NCBI GenBank assembly: GCA_938039675.1
Contig: CALHUI010000008.1
Coordinates: 6,796-70,795 of the forward strand
Reading direction: 5' to 3'
DNA length: 64,000 nucleotides
Source of the DNA: an uncultured Cytophagales bacterium
GTDB lineage: Bacteria > Bacteroidota > Bacteroidia > Cytophagales > Thermoflexibacteraceae
Shown here: piece by piece, positions 9,574 to 19,307 of the stretch
Position numbering within the stretch: the stretch's first letter is position 1
Layout of the letters: each line of letters starts with the position of its first letter
Notes under the pieces: generated by a model
Told to the model about the DNA's origin: nothing
Seen by the model: the letters and a program-made list of their open reading frames with translations, nothing else
Databases searched by the model: none
Translations under genes and position numbers: made by a program

Positions 9574-10392
9574 ATGACCAACTTACAACATATTATCGAA
9601 ACAGCATGGGACAACCGCGAGCTGCTCAAAAGTACTGAAACCATTCAGGCAATTGAATATACCATTGAAGAATTGGATAAAGGCCGTATCCGTGTGGCCG
9701 AGCCAACGGCAGACGGCAAGTGGCAGGTAAACCAATGGGTTAAAAAGGCTGTGATTCTGTACTTCCCCATCCGCCAAATGGAAACCATTGAGGTTGGCCC
9801 GATGGAATTTCACGACAAAATGCGCCTGAAAAAAGGCTATGCCAAATTGGGTGTGCGCGTAGTACCTCATGCTATTGCCCGCTACGGCGCATTCCTGAAC
9901 AAAGGAGTGATTATGATGCCTTCTTATGTAAACATCGGTGCATATGTGGACAGCGGCACAATGGTGGATACATGGGCAACCGTAGGCAGTTGTGCACAAA
10001 TCGGTAAGGATGTACACCTGAGCGGCGGCGTAGGCATTGGCGGCGTGCTGGAGCCTGTGCAAGCAAGCCCCGTGATTGTGGAAGACGGCGCTTTCATCGG
10101 TTCGCGCTGCATCATCGTAGAAGGCGCACACATTAGCAAGCAGGCCGTGCTAGGCGCAAATGTAGTGATTACAGGTTCTTCAAAAGTTATTGACGTTACG
10201 GGCAGCGAGCCGATAGAGTATCGCGGCTATGTGCCTGAGCGTGCGGTAGTTGTGCCCGGCAGCTATACCAAGAAATTCCCTGCGGGCGAATATCAGGTAG
10301 GTTGTGCGCTCATCATCGGGCAGCGCAAAGAAAGTACCGACCTGAAAACTTCGCTCAACGATGCCTTGCGCGAAAACGGCGTAGCGGTGTAG
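9574..10392 (+). CDS. dapD: 2,3,4,5-tetrahydropyridine-2,6-dicarboxylate N-succinyltransferase
   Basis: 272 aa with hexapeptide-repeat left-handed beta-helix segments (GAYVDSGTMVDTWATVGSCAQIGKDVHLSGGVGIGG) and a typical DapD N-terminus. Confidence 0.88.
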   Translation: MTNLQHIIETAWDNRELLKSTETIQAIEYTIEELDKGRIRVAEPTADGKWQVNQWVKKAVILYFPIRQMETIEVGPMEFHDKMRLKKGYAKLGVRVVPHAIARYGAFLNKGVIMMPSYVNIGAYVDSGTMVDTWATVGSCAQIGKDVHLSGGVGIGGVLEPVQASPVIVEDGAFIGSRCIIVEGAHISKQAVLGANVVITGSSKVIDVTGSEPIEYRGYVPERAVVVPGSYTKKFPAGEYQVGCALIIGQRKESTDLKTSLNDALRENGVAV

Positions 10393-10596
10393 AGTTAGCT
10401 GCTCCTATTTGCCCTGTACGAGAGCACAAGAAATTTGCAAAAAATACCTTGTGTAAATTATTGAAAAACAAGTGCTAAATACCTGCCGGGTTGATGTATA
10501 GCCTTCCATACTGACCGGAAAAGCAGTTCTACCAAATTCCGGAATATTTGTCTGCTCACTGGTAAATAGCTGTTTATTGTCCTGATTAGGTGTTTT

Positions 10597-11682
10597 TTAG
10601 CAAAAAACCTTTCGCAAATTGGCTACTGCCTGCACTGTTACATCCGCCACCCCGAAATCCAACGGCGGCAACAGATATATATCATCAAAACCGGTATTTG
10701 CCAACATCTCTGCATTGCCGGAGCTAATCAGGCTGATGCGCTTGCCATGTTTTTTTGCCAGCAGCAACAAAGCATGGCAGCCTTTGCCGCTTTCCGACTG
10801 GAAGTCATAGCGCCCCTCACCCGTGATAATCCAGTCGCTCTGCGCAACGCGCTGCGCCATTTGCACCGCCTCAAAGAAGTACACCGACCCACTGCGGATT
10901 TCTACAGGATAAAATGCAGACAAACCCAAAGCAATGCCACCCGCCGCACCAAAACAAGGCCGGTCGTTCAGTGTCGGGTTCAGTTGCTGCAACAGATGAA
11001 AAATCCGCTCTGCATTGGCTGTAAAGGCGGGCATATCGGCAACTTGCAACCCTTTTTGTGGCGCAAAAACGGGGATAGCCCCTTGCCTACCGAAGAAAGT
11101 ATTATCCACATCGCAAAGGCAGGTAATTTTTGCAAGAGGCATCAGATGCTCGGCTGACAGGCGGGTTATCCGCTCCAACCATCGGAAACTAAACGGCTTT
11201 ATCAACTGATTGTCAGCATCGTACAGGTCAAGTCCCAAAGCCTGCAAAATGCCCAAACCCATATCTACCGACGCGCTGCCGCCCAAACCCAAAATGATGT
11301 TCTGCGCACCTTTTTTGAGAGCATCGGCTATCATTTGCCCTGTGCCAAATGTGGAGGCGCTCCACACGTCTTTATCACTAAGGGACAAATGGCGAATACC
11401 GGAAGCAGATGAAACATCAGCACAGGCAGTGTTAGTATGAGCATCATAACAATAGGCAACCTCTATATTGCGTCCGCGTGCATCTGTTGCCAAAATCGTA
11501 TGCGGCTGCCATTGCAAAGCCTCCCCCAATAAACGACAAGTCCCATCGCCGCCATCGGCAATAGGACAGTGTATAATATCAGCCTGCGGATATTTAGCTT
11601 GCAGGGTTTCTGCTATAATTTGTGCGGCATGGTCAGCCTCAATAGTTCCTTTAAAAGCATTGGGCGCTACCAAAATCTGCAT
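10597..11682 (-). CDS. glxK: Glycerate kinase
   Basis: 361 aa with N-terminal ILVAPNAFKGT and PIADGGDGT motifs and GLGGSASVD, all characteristic of the glycerate kinase family. Confidence 0.85.
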   Translation of the reverse strand: MQILVAPNAFKGTIEADHAAQIIAETLQAKYPQADIIHCPIADGGDGTCRLLGEALQWQPHTILATDARGRNIEVAYCYDAHTNTACADVSSASGIRHLSLSDKDVWSASTFGTGQMIADALKKGAQNIILGLGGSASVDMGLGILQALGLDLYDADNQLIKPFSFRWLERITRLSAEHLMPLAKITCLCDVDNTFFGRQGAIPVFAPQKGLQVADMPAFTANAERIFHLLQQLNPTLNDRPCFGAAGGIALGLSAFYPVEIRSGSVYFFEAVQMAQRVAQSDWIITGEGRYDFQSESGKGCHALLLLAKKHGKRISLISSGNAEMLANTGFDDIYLLPPLDFGVADVTVQAVANLRKVFC

Positions 11683-11683
11683 A

Positions 11684-12118
11684 CTAAAATCCGCCTTTGA
11701 GGTAACTCCATCCTTCCTCTTGTCGCTCGATAATCCAAATCAGCCCCCGCGGAATAATCGGACAACTGATGATATCTTCCTCTTTAATGTTGCGTTGGGT
11801 CATGGTTTGGCGGCAAGCTAAAAACTTGATGCCTTTCTGTTGGAAATCAACCACTTTGGAGGCAAAAGGGCTTGTTTTCATCAATAAATCCATCCCTTTG
11901 TTGTGGCAAACAATCTCCATTTCGAGGTTTTCCTCACCAAAACCTTCCAACACATTTTTCAATTGGTTCATTAGTGCCCGATGAGCCGCCGTATCGCTGG
12001 TTGTAAATTGCATCACTACGCGGTGTTTTTTCGGATTTTGAGCCCATGTAGCATTGCTTGCTGCCGCCGACATGATAAAAATGACGATGGCGAAAAAATA
12101 AAATCGGGTAATTCTCAT
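11684..12118 (-). CDS. DsrE/DsrF-like family protein (secreted)
   Basis: 144 aa with a signal peptide. The KHRVVMQFTT ... IKFLACRQTM pattern is typical of COG1416 DsrE-like proteins. It ends 1 nt before the glycerate kinase start. Confidence 0.55.
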   Translation of the reverse strand: MRITRFYFFAIVIFIMSAAASNATWAQNPKKHRVVMQFTTSDTAAHRALMNQLKNVLEGFGEENLEMEIVCHNKGMDLLMKTSPFASKVVDFQQKGIKFLACRQTMTQRNIKEEDIISCPIIPRGLIWIIERQEEGWSYLKGGF

Positions 12119-12166
12119 GGCAGTAAATTTTTCGGTAAGTTACGCATTTATGCGCAAATTTGAGCC

Positions 12167-12880
12167 ATGCAATTGTTCTATGCCGCACAACTTCCGCCCG
12201 TTCATCAGGAATTTGTGCTTTCTGAAGAAGAATCCAAACACTGTGTGCGCGTGCTTCGCATGATGCAAGGCGATGCTATTCACTTCACCGACGGCAAAGG
12301 GACGCTTGCCGAAGCCATGATTACTGACGCGCACCCCAAACGCTGCAAAGTGGGCATTATAAAGCTGACACCGCAGCCCAAACCTTATCGGGGCGGCATC
12401 CATTTAGCCGTTGCTCCTACCAAAAATGCCGAGCGCATGGAATGGATGGTAGAAAAATGCACCGAAACAGGCATTGACCGCATCAGTTTCGTATTGACCG
12501 AACGCACCGAGCGTGCGCATTTCAATACAGAACGAATGGCAAAGAAAGCACTTGCCGCCATGAAACAATCGCTGCAATGTTGGCTGCCGCAGATAAGTGC
12601 GCCCTTATCCCTGACCGATTTTCTGCGAAAAGTCAGCGAAACGGGGCGTTTTATTGCCCATGCGGGCAAAGAAAAGCCGCTGCACTTGTTCCAACTGGCA
12701 CAGCCCGCTACGGATGTTTGCCTGCTCATAGGCCCCGAAGGCGATTTTACCCCTGCCGAGCTGGAAGCAGCCAAAGCCGCCGGTTTTCAGGTGGCCGGAT
12801 TAGGTAATACACGCCTCCGCACTGAAACAGCAGCTATTTTAGGCTGTCATGCGTTACATTTGTTGAACGAAGTTAAGTAA
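12167..12880 (+). CDS. rsmE: 16S rRNA (uracil1498-N3)-methyltransferase
   Basis: 237 aa with an MQLFY start, a PUA-like N-terminus (HCVRVLRM..GD), LLIGPEGDFTP.E and a SPOUT knot region. Confidence 0.85.
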   Translation: MQLFYAAQLPPVHQEFVLSEEESKHCVRVLRMMQGDAIHFTDGKGTLAEAMITDAHPKRCKVGIIKLTPQPKPYRGGIHLAVAPTKNAERMEWMVEKCTETGIDRISFVLTERTERAHFNTERMAKKALAAMKQSLQCWLPQISAPLSLTDFLRKVSETGRFIAHAGKEKPLHLFQLAQPATDVCLLIGPEGDFTPAELEAAKAAGFQVAGLGNTRLRTETAAILGCHALHLLNEVK

Positions 12881-12888
12881 TTGCAGCC

Positions 12889-13551
12889 ATGATTAAACAC
12901 CTGATATTCCTTAGCATTGGCTTGTTGACAAGCCTCCCCTCCCTTGCCCAAGAACGCCCGCTCAAAATTGCCAAACTGAAATACAACGGCGGTGGCGATT
13001 GGTACGCCAACAAAACCTCGCTGCCCAACCTGATTGCCTTTTGCAACCGCCATTTAGGAACAAACATTGCCCCTGAAGAAGAAGTCGTAGAGCCGGGCAG
13101 TCCCGAAATTTTTTCTTACCCCTTCATCCACATGACCGGGCACGGCAACGTGGTTTTCAGCCCGTCGGAAGCACAAAACTTGCGGAAATACCTCATTTCG
13201 GGGGGCTTTTTGCACATAGACGACAACTACGGCATGGATAAGTTCATCCGCCCCGAACTGAAAAAAATATTTCCCGAGTTGGAATTAGTAGAGTTGCCGT
13301 TCAACCATCCGATTTACCGACAGAAATTTATTTTTACCAACGGGCTGCCCAAAGTACACGAACACGACGGCAAACCACCGCAAGGCTTCGGACTGATTTA
13401 TGAGGGGCGATTAGTCGTTTTTTACAGCTATGAATGCGATTTGGGCAACGGCTGGGAAGACCAAATCATTTACAACGACCCCGAAGAAGTACGGCAAAAG
13501 GCACTGCAAATGGGAGCCAACATCCTTATGTATGCCTTTACTCAAAACTGA
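12889..13551 (+). CDS. DUF4159 domain-containing protein
   Basis: 220 aa with a signal peptide. The KIAKLKYNGGGDWYANKTSLPNLIAF motif is as remembered for DUF4159. Confidence 0.65.
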   Translation: MIKHLIFLSIGLLTSLPSLAQERPLKIAKLKYNGGGDWYANKTSLPNLIAFCNRHLGTNIAPEEEVVEPGSPEIFSYPFIHMTGHGNVVFSPSEAQNLRKYLISGGFLHIDDNYGMDKFIRPELKKIFPELELVELPFNHPIYRQKFIFTNGLPKVHEHDGKPPQGFGLIYEGRLVVFYSYECDLGNGWEDQIIYNDPEEVRQKALQMGANILMYAFTQN

Positions 13552-13572
13552 TGAAGCAATTAAACAATCGAA

Positions 13573-14565
13573 ATGGAAACAAGGGTAGCTGTTATTGGCG
13601 GCGGAAGCTGGGCAACTGCATTAGTTAAATTACTGTCTGAAAATGAAGTAGTTATCAACTGGTGGCTGCGTTCAAAAACCGACCTGAACCATATTATCAA
13701 CTACGGACACAACCCCCGCTATTTAAGCGGCGTACACCTGAACCTGAAAAAAATCAAGCCGGAGCAAGATTTGTGGGAGGCCATTGAACCCGCCGATATT
13801 GTGCTATTGGCTGTTCCCTCTGCCTTTGTCAAAGATGTGCTGGACTCGCTGCCCGACCATACTTTGCAAGGCAAAATCATTGTTTCGGCCATTAAAGGCA
13901 TGATTCGCCACGAAAACGTGTTGGTTACAGACTATGTAAACAAACGGTTCGGCATCACTGCCGATGATTTGCTGGCCATTGCCGGCCCCTGTCATGCCGA
14001 AGAAGTTGCTTTGGAAAAACTCTCTTACCTGACCATTTGCGGGGCAAACATCGCCAAAGCCAAAGCCTTTGCCAACCTTATCAGTTGCCGATACTTGAAG
14101 GCAACCGCCATTGAAGACCTTGCAGGTGCCGAGTATTGCGCCGTAATGAAAAACATTATTGCCATTGCCTGCGGAATTGCACACGGCTTGAACTACGGCG
14201 ACAACTTTCAGGCAGTGCTTGTTGCCAACGCCATGCAGGAAATCCGCCGATTTCTGGATACAGTAGTGCCCACAGAACGCGACCTGAACGCCTCTGCCTA
14301 CCTTGGCGACCTGTTAGTTACTACCTACTCGCAATTCAGCCGCAACCGTACATTTGGCAGCATGGTCGGGCGCGGCTACTCGGTCAAATCGGCACAGTTT
14401 GAGATGCAAATGGTTGCCGAAGGCTACTATGCCGTTGCCTGTATCTACCCAATAATGAAAAAATATCAGGTAAAAATGCCGATTACGCAGGCCGTTTACA
14501 ACATTCTGTACGAAAAAATATCCCCGATTGTAGAGTTTCAAATCCTGCGTGACCTGCTTTCCTAA
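13573..14565 (+). CDS. gpsA: NAD(P)H-dependent glycerol-3-phosphate dehydrogenase
   Basis: 330 aa with an N-terminal Rossmann VAVIGGGSWATAL, GPCHAEEVA and NYGDN motifs. Confidence 0.9.
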   Translation: METRVAVIGGGSWATALVKLLSENEVVINWWLRSKTDLNHIINYGHNPRYLSGVHLNLKKIKPEQDLWEAIEPADIVLLAVPSAFVKDVLDSLPDHTLQGKIIVSAIKGMIRHENVLVTDYVNKRFGITADDLLAIAGPCHAEEVALEKLSYLTICGANIAKAKAFANLISCRYLKATAIEDLAGAEYCAVMKNIIAIACGIAHGLNYGDNFQAVLVANAMQEIRRFLDTVVPTERDLNASAYLGDLLVTTYSQFSRNRTFGSMVGRGYSVKSAQFEMQMVAEGYYAVACIYPIMKKYQVKMPITQAVYNILYEKISPIVEFQILRDLLS

Positions 14566-14568
14566 GCC

Positions 14569-14881
14569 ATGAACAAACCTGTATCTGTTGCCAACCTGTT
14601 CGTTAAGCCCACAAGATGGGGGCTGCGCGGCGACCTATACCTGTGGGAAGAGATGCAAGCAGCAGCCCAGCAAATCCCGCTCCCCGATACATCGAAAGAG
14701 TTGGAACATATCCTGCGCAATTTGTTCCGCGAACTCACAGGCGAACTACCCAAGGCCGATTAAAATCGTCCGCATCAGCCGTTTTCCTCAAATCGGAATG
14801 TCCGGAGGTATGGTGTCTGCCGATTTCCGGCTTAATCAGATTTTTACTGCCGTGATAGCGCGATTCAACAACAACCGCTGA
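14569..14881 (+). pseudogene. Small conserved hypothetical gene split by a +/-1 frameshift (64-aa N-part plus about 39-aa C-part)
   Basis: Frame 1 reads MNKPVSVANLFVKPTRWGLRGDLYLWEEM...LTGELPKAD and stops at 14761-14763. Frame 2 continues as KIVRISRFPQIGMSGGMVSADF...ARFNNNR. The junction lies at the A4 run 14762-14765. Confidence 0.4.
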
Positions 14882-15107
14882 CTGTAAGTCTAAATTTCTT
14901 TGACCGTTTGTCAATTGATTACACAAAATCCTGACGGGTCTTGGATGTATTTTAGAATTAAATCATTGATTTCCAATAACTTACAAAAAATATTTTTCAC
15001 AAATCACTTGCGCCTCATAAGCCATTGAGCAACTCAATGCACGCCCAAAAACGATACTCCGATTGGTATTGGGGAACATGCAAACGACATAAAATCCGCT
15101 GCAACCG

Positions 15108-15596
15108 CTAAAATGCCACCGTGCCTTTGTCATTATCGCCACTCAGGCGCAGGCTTTTGCGGTTGCTGCTTGTTTTGATGTGTACAAAATTTACTTGGTC
15201 GTCAAACAGTTCCAACAAAACGGCATTTCTGACTTCTACCGACTGCACGGGAAGTGCCTGTTCGGCTTCCAGATAAATCCAGCAGGCATCTACTTCGTAT
15301 TCACGTCCAAGGTATCTCCAGCGCATCGGCTGCCCGTTGATTTTGCACTGAAACTGCATTTGCAAATACTGCTCAATAAATTTTTCCGCATCGGGATGTT
15401 CTTTGGAGGTGGCAAGATAAGTGCGCACTTTGTAGTGCCTTTCCAGCGCATCCTGCAAGTCGTCAATGAAAATTTTATGGGTAATTTCTATTTGTCGGGT
15501 AGCTGCATTGTAGTTAATCTCACACAGGCTGATGTGAATTGGATGGAATAAACTACTGATGATTAACAAAAAAGAAATTGGCAAAAAAGCAAACAT
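15108..15596 (-). CDS. DUF6702-like protein
   Basis: 162 aa with an N-terminal TM or signal segment, then HPIHISLCEINYNAATRQIEITHKIFIDDLQDALE, which matches my memory of DUF6702. Confidence 0.5.
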   Translation of the reverse strand: MFAFLPISFLLIISSLFHPIHISLCEINYNAATRQIEITHKIFIDDLQDALERHYKVRTYLATSKEHPDAEKFIEQYLQMQFQCKINGQPMRWRYLGREYEVDACWIYLEAEQALPVQSVEVRNAVLLELFDDQVNFVHIKTSSNRKSLRLSGDNDKGTVAF

Positions 15597-15712
15597 AGGC
15601 AGTGGGGAAGAGGCTTTGGAGTTAAATTTGAACCTCTCTTACCTGTTATTGGGCAAAAGGGTTGCCAAAGTTCGCATAATTACACCAAGCATAAATAGCT
15701 TTTGCGTGTAAT

Positions 15713-17029
15713 CTAGGTTTGCGCTATCTGTCGAATGGCATTTACTAAGCGGTCTAAGTCGCGGGTAGTGGTATAGACATTAGGCGTTACGCGCACCCCT
15801 TTGATATTTTCCCACTCAATACCGGTTGTGTGTATCTTATATTTGTTGAAAAGCGCCCCATCCACTTCCGCTACTGTTTTGCCTTCAATGGAAAACAAGC
15901 CGATGGCGCAACCGAATTGTGGTTTGAGGGAAGTGTGCAGGCGCACTTTGGGCAAATCTATCACTCTTTCTGCCCAATAATTTTTGAGGTAATGCAATCT
16001 TTTTTCCTTGCGCTCTGCTCCTATCATCCAATGAAAATCAATGGCTTGCCCGATAGCCTGTTCGTTGGCAAAAGGTCTTGTCCCCAAATTTTCAAACTTG
16101 CGAATGTCTTCGCTTTCAGGGTCTTGCGCACCAAAGAGGGGGTACAGGTTGCGGATTTTTTCTTTGCGCACATAGAGCATCCCGCTGCCAAAAGGCGCAG
16201 TAAGCCACTTGTGCAGGCTTGTACCGAAATAATCGCCGTTCAGGTCGGGAATGCGGAAGTTGAGCAGCCCGAAACTGTGCGCACCATCTATCACTACTTC
16301 AATGCCCCGCGCACGGGCAATATCGGCAATTTCGCGCACGGGCAGCGTTTGCCCCGACCAGTTGATGATGTGCGTAATGTGCACAACTCTGGTTTTGGGC
16401 GTAAATAAAGCTGTGTACTGCCGCACGATTTCTTCCTTGTTTTCTATCGGCAAATTGAGGTTTACGTAGCGCAGCACGATGCCTTCGCGCTTTTCGCGCT
16501 GCCGCCATGCGTGCAACATGTTGGGGTAATCTTGCCTTGCCAGCACCACTTCATCGCCTTTTTGCAGCCGCAAGCCGAAAATGATGGTTTCCAGTGCTTC
16601 GGTGGCATTCCTGTGAATGGCAATTTCTTCGGGAGAGCAGCCCGCCAAGTCTGCCAAACGGGCACGCAGCGGCTCACGACCTGCATCCAGTATGCGCCAC
16701 ATGTAGTAGCTCGGCGCTTCGTTAGACAGGCGGTTGTAGCGTTCCACAGCTTCCTGCACTACTCGCGGGTGTGGCGAAACCCCGCCGTTGTTCAGGTTCA
16801 GAATGTTGGGCGAAACGGTAAAAGCCTGTTTAATCTGATACCAAAATTCCTCATCGCGGATGGTATCGTCCACCGATTGACTGTTGGCAGCCAGCAGTAC
16901 CTTGTTCAGGTCTTTGGCAGCCAACCGTGCGCCCCAACCGCTCAAGGGTGATGATAAAGCAAGCACCGCCGCCGCACGTTTCAAAAAATGGCGGCGCGGC
17001 GCGGCAGGTTCTTCTGAAAAGGTTTTCAT
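15713..17029 (-). CDS. Class V-fold PLP-dependent aminotransferase/epimerase-like enzyme with Tat signal
   Basis: 438 aa with a twin-arginine leader (PRRHFLKRAAAVLALS). The DGAHSFG and SLHKWL (PLP-lysine) motifs are typical of the isopenicillin-N-epimerase-like subgroup. Confidence 0.8.
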   Translation of the reverse strand: MKTFSEEPAAPRRHFLKRAAAVLALSSPLSGWGARLAAKDLNKVLLAANSQSVDDTIRDEEFWYQIKQAFTVSPNILNLNNGGVSPHPRVVQEAVERYNRLSNEAPSYYMWRILDAGREPLRARLADLAGCSPEEIAIHRNATEALETIIFGLRLQKGDEVVLARQDYPNMLHAWRQREKREGIVLRYVNLNLPIENKEEIVRQYTALFTPKTRVVHITHIINWSGQTLPVREIADIARARGIEVVIDGAHSFGLLNFRIPDLNGDYFGTSLHKWLTAPFGSGMLYVRKEKIRNLYPLFGAQDPESEDIRKFENLGTRPFANEQAIGQAIDFHWMIGAERKEKRLHYLKNYWAERVIDLPKVRLHTSLKPQFGCAIGLFSIEGKTVAEVDGALFNKYKIHTTGIEWENIKGVRVTPNVYTTTRDLDRLVNAIRQIAQT

Positions 17030-17209
17030 AAGCAGTTAGTTTAATTAAAGTTCATCATTTCCAAGACTTATCACAAGGGTACAAGAACACAAAAATGCTT
17101 GTGTATTTGTGTTCTTGCAATGAAGCAAGCAACAGGCAATAGTAGTATGCCTTAAATTGCTCATCTGCTTAACAAAAATCATTTTTCGGGCAAAAAAGGA
17201 AAATCTGAA

Positions 17210-18893
17210 CTACAACGAAGGATGCTTTTTGCGAAAATCCGTAGCATCTTGATAGGTCTTTGCTACTTGCAGCAGGACACCCTCTCCATAGAGTTTTCCC
17301 GTAAAGGTGATACTTACGGGCGTACCGTTGCGGAAACCGTTGGGTACAACCACCGACGGATGCCCTGTCAGGTTGGTAAGTGTGAGGTTGCTGCCTGCCC
17401 ATGAAGGGGCTACATAAACGTCTATATTTTGCAACTTCTTCGCCATTTCCTCAATGAGCAGCGTACGGATGCGGTTGGCCTGAATATACTCCACCGCTGG
17501 AATGAAACGCCCTGCGCGGAAAACATTCGGCCAAGCATTTTTTACCTGACGCACCATTTGGTCGTCCATATTAGTACGCGTAAGCTCGTCAAAGGCAGCA
17601 CCACCTTCGCAACTGATAATCATGGAAAGCTCGCGGACGGGCAATGTAGGCAGTTCCATCGGAATGAGTTCCATGCCTATTTCCCGCATTTTTGCCAAGG
17701 CAAGCGAATCTTGCTGTTTAAACGGATAATTGCGCTCAAAATCAGCCTTCACATAGCCGATTCGCAAACCTTTGATGCCTTGCGTGCCGTCGTAGTTAAA
17801 AGGGAAATTGCGGACGTGTTGGTCTTTGCCGTCGGGGCCGTAAATGGCGTTGAATACAACGGCGCAGTCTTCTACCGTGCGGGCAATGGGGCCGATTTTA
17901 TCCATAGACCATGAGAGCGCCATGCAGCCGTCGCGGCTCACCCTGCCGTAGGTCGGGCGCAAGCCGGTAGTTCCGCAAACCGTAGCAGGCGAAACGATGG
18001 AACCCAATGTTTCCGTACCAATGGCAAAAGGCAGCAAGCCCGCTGCTACAGCCGATGCCGACCCCGCCGAGAAGCCACTTGAGCCCTGATTAAGATTCCA
18101 CGGGTTGCGCGTTATGCCGCCGAACCATACATCTCCCCATGCAAACTCGCCAACAGAAAGTTTAGCAGCCAGTACTGCACCCGCCTCGCGTAAGCGGCGC
18201 ACAACGGCAGCGTCTTGCTCAATCATCTGATTTTTGTAGATAGGCGAACCCCAAGTAGTCGGGTAGCCCTTGGCAGCCAGCAGGTCTTTTGCGCCGTATG
18301 GAATGCCGTGCAGGATGCCTTTGTATCGTCCGGCTTTAATTTCTGCGTCTGCCTGACGTGCCTCTGCCAGCGCGCGTTCTTCGGTGAGCGTTACTACGCA
18401 AAAAAGTTTTTCATTGTATTTTTTCAACCGCTCAATGAAAAATTTTGTCAGCTCTTCCGAACTTGATTTGACGGGTGCGGATGAGTTCGGCAAGTTGTGT
18501 TATGGAATAAAAAGCCAGCTCTTCGCGATTGGCAGGCAGCGTTACCTTGCCCTGCGGCGATGCTTTGAAAGGCAACCGTTTCATGTCCATACTGAAGCCC
18601 ACGGGCAGCGGGTTAAATTCCAATGCCGGAACGACCTGATTGGATAGCGGGGCGGTTCTCATACGCACGTAGTTTTCTCTTGCCCGCACTAATTCGTCAA
18701 TCATAGAGTCGCACTTGGCGGGTGAAAAGTCTAACCCGATGATTTTAGCTGCTTCGGCTACAACGGCAGGCGTAATCGGGGCTTCATCGGCGCGCCACTG
18801 CCGACCCATAAAAGCGCCAAGCGTGAGGCAGGAAACAGCCGTGATAGGCAACAGCAGCCTGTTGCACAGCGTTTTGTTCGGTTTCATTTTCAT
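17210..18893 (-). pseudogene. Secreted amidase (amidase signature family), interrupted by one frameshift
   Basis: The N-terminal ORF 18432-18893 carries the signal peptide and linker and ends ...QLAELIRTRQIKFGRADKIFH*. The second ORF 17210-18493 continues in another frame as ...VKSSSEELTKFFIERLKKYN, followed by the GGSSGGSA-like AS signature (GSSGFSAGSASAV). Together they make one amidase of about 560 aa. Confidence 0.75.
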
Positions 18894-19014
18894 GTGTTGG
18901 TAACAAAATGTTAAAATAGGGTAAAAACTTTTTGCGAATTAACTGATTCTGCAAATCATTTGTTAATTTTGAATTATCTGCATTCATCCTGTTACCGCCT
19001 GATTTTTTTGCGCC

Positions 19015-19266
19015 ATGATACTTGTAGTCATCAAAATTTTGCTGTTTCTGAGCGTTTATGCTGTTCTTTTTTTCATATTGCGCAGAGGGGCTCGCGCCGC
19101 TGCCTATCCCGAAAGTTTGCGAAAATTTGGCGACAATTCTAGCCAAAGCGACGATGGCGAAGGCTCGTGGCCTAAGGATTTCCCCAAATTAGACCTTCCG
19201 CCCGGTGTTTACATCCTCCCGCCCGGTGCACCCGACCCTTCGCAAAGAAGGGAGCGCGTCCGCTGA
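19015..19266 (+). CDS. Possible small membrane protein with Pro-rich tail
   Basis: 83-aa ORF with one clear hydrophobic helix (ILVVIKILLFLSVYAVLFFIL) and a low-complexity tail (LPPGVYILPPGAPDP). I recognise no homology. Confidence 0.3.
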   Translation: MILVVIKILLFLSVYAVLFFILRRGARAAAYPESLRKFGDNSSQSDDGEGSWPKDFPKLDLPPGVYILPPGAPDPSQRRERVR

Positions 19267-19307
19267 AATTCGCCTGCCTTCGCCTTTCTTTGCAGGCTGA
19301 ATAATTA

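Noticed and set aside
11102-11110. A perfect DnaA-box 9-mer, TTATCCACA.
   Set aside because: It is a single copy inside the glycerate kinase coding sequence. About one such 9-mer is expected by chance in 64 kb on both strands. There is no cluster and no adjacent AT-rich unwinding element.
18784-19146. A 120-aa minus-strand ORF upstream of and overlapping the amidase start.
   Set aside because: It overlaps the amidase signal-peptide region in another frame and has low-complexity composition. It also conflicts with the somewhat better small plus-strand ORF at 19015-19266.
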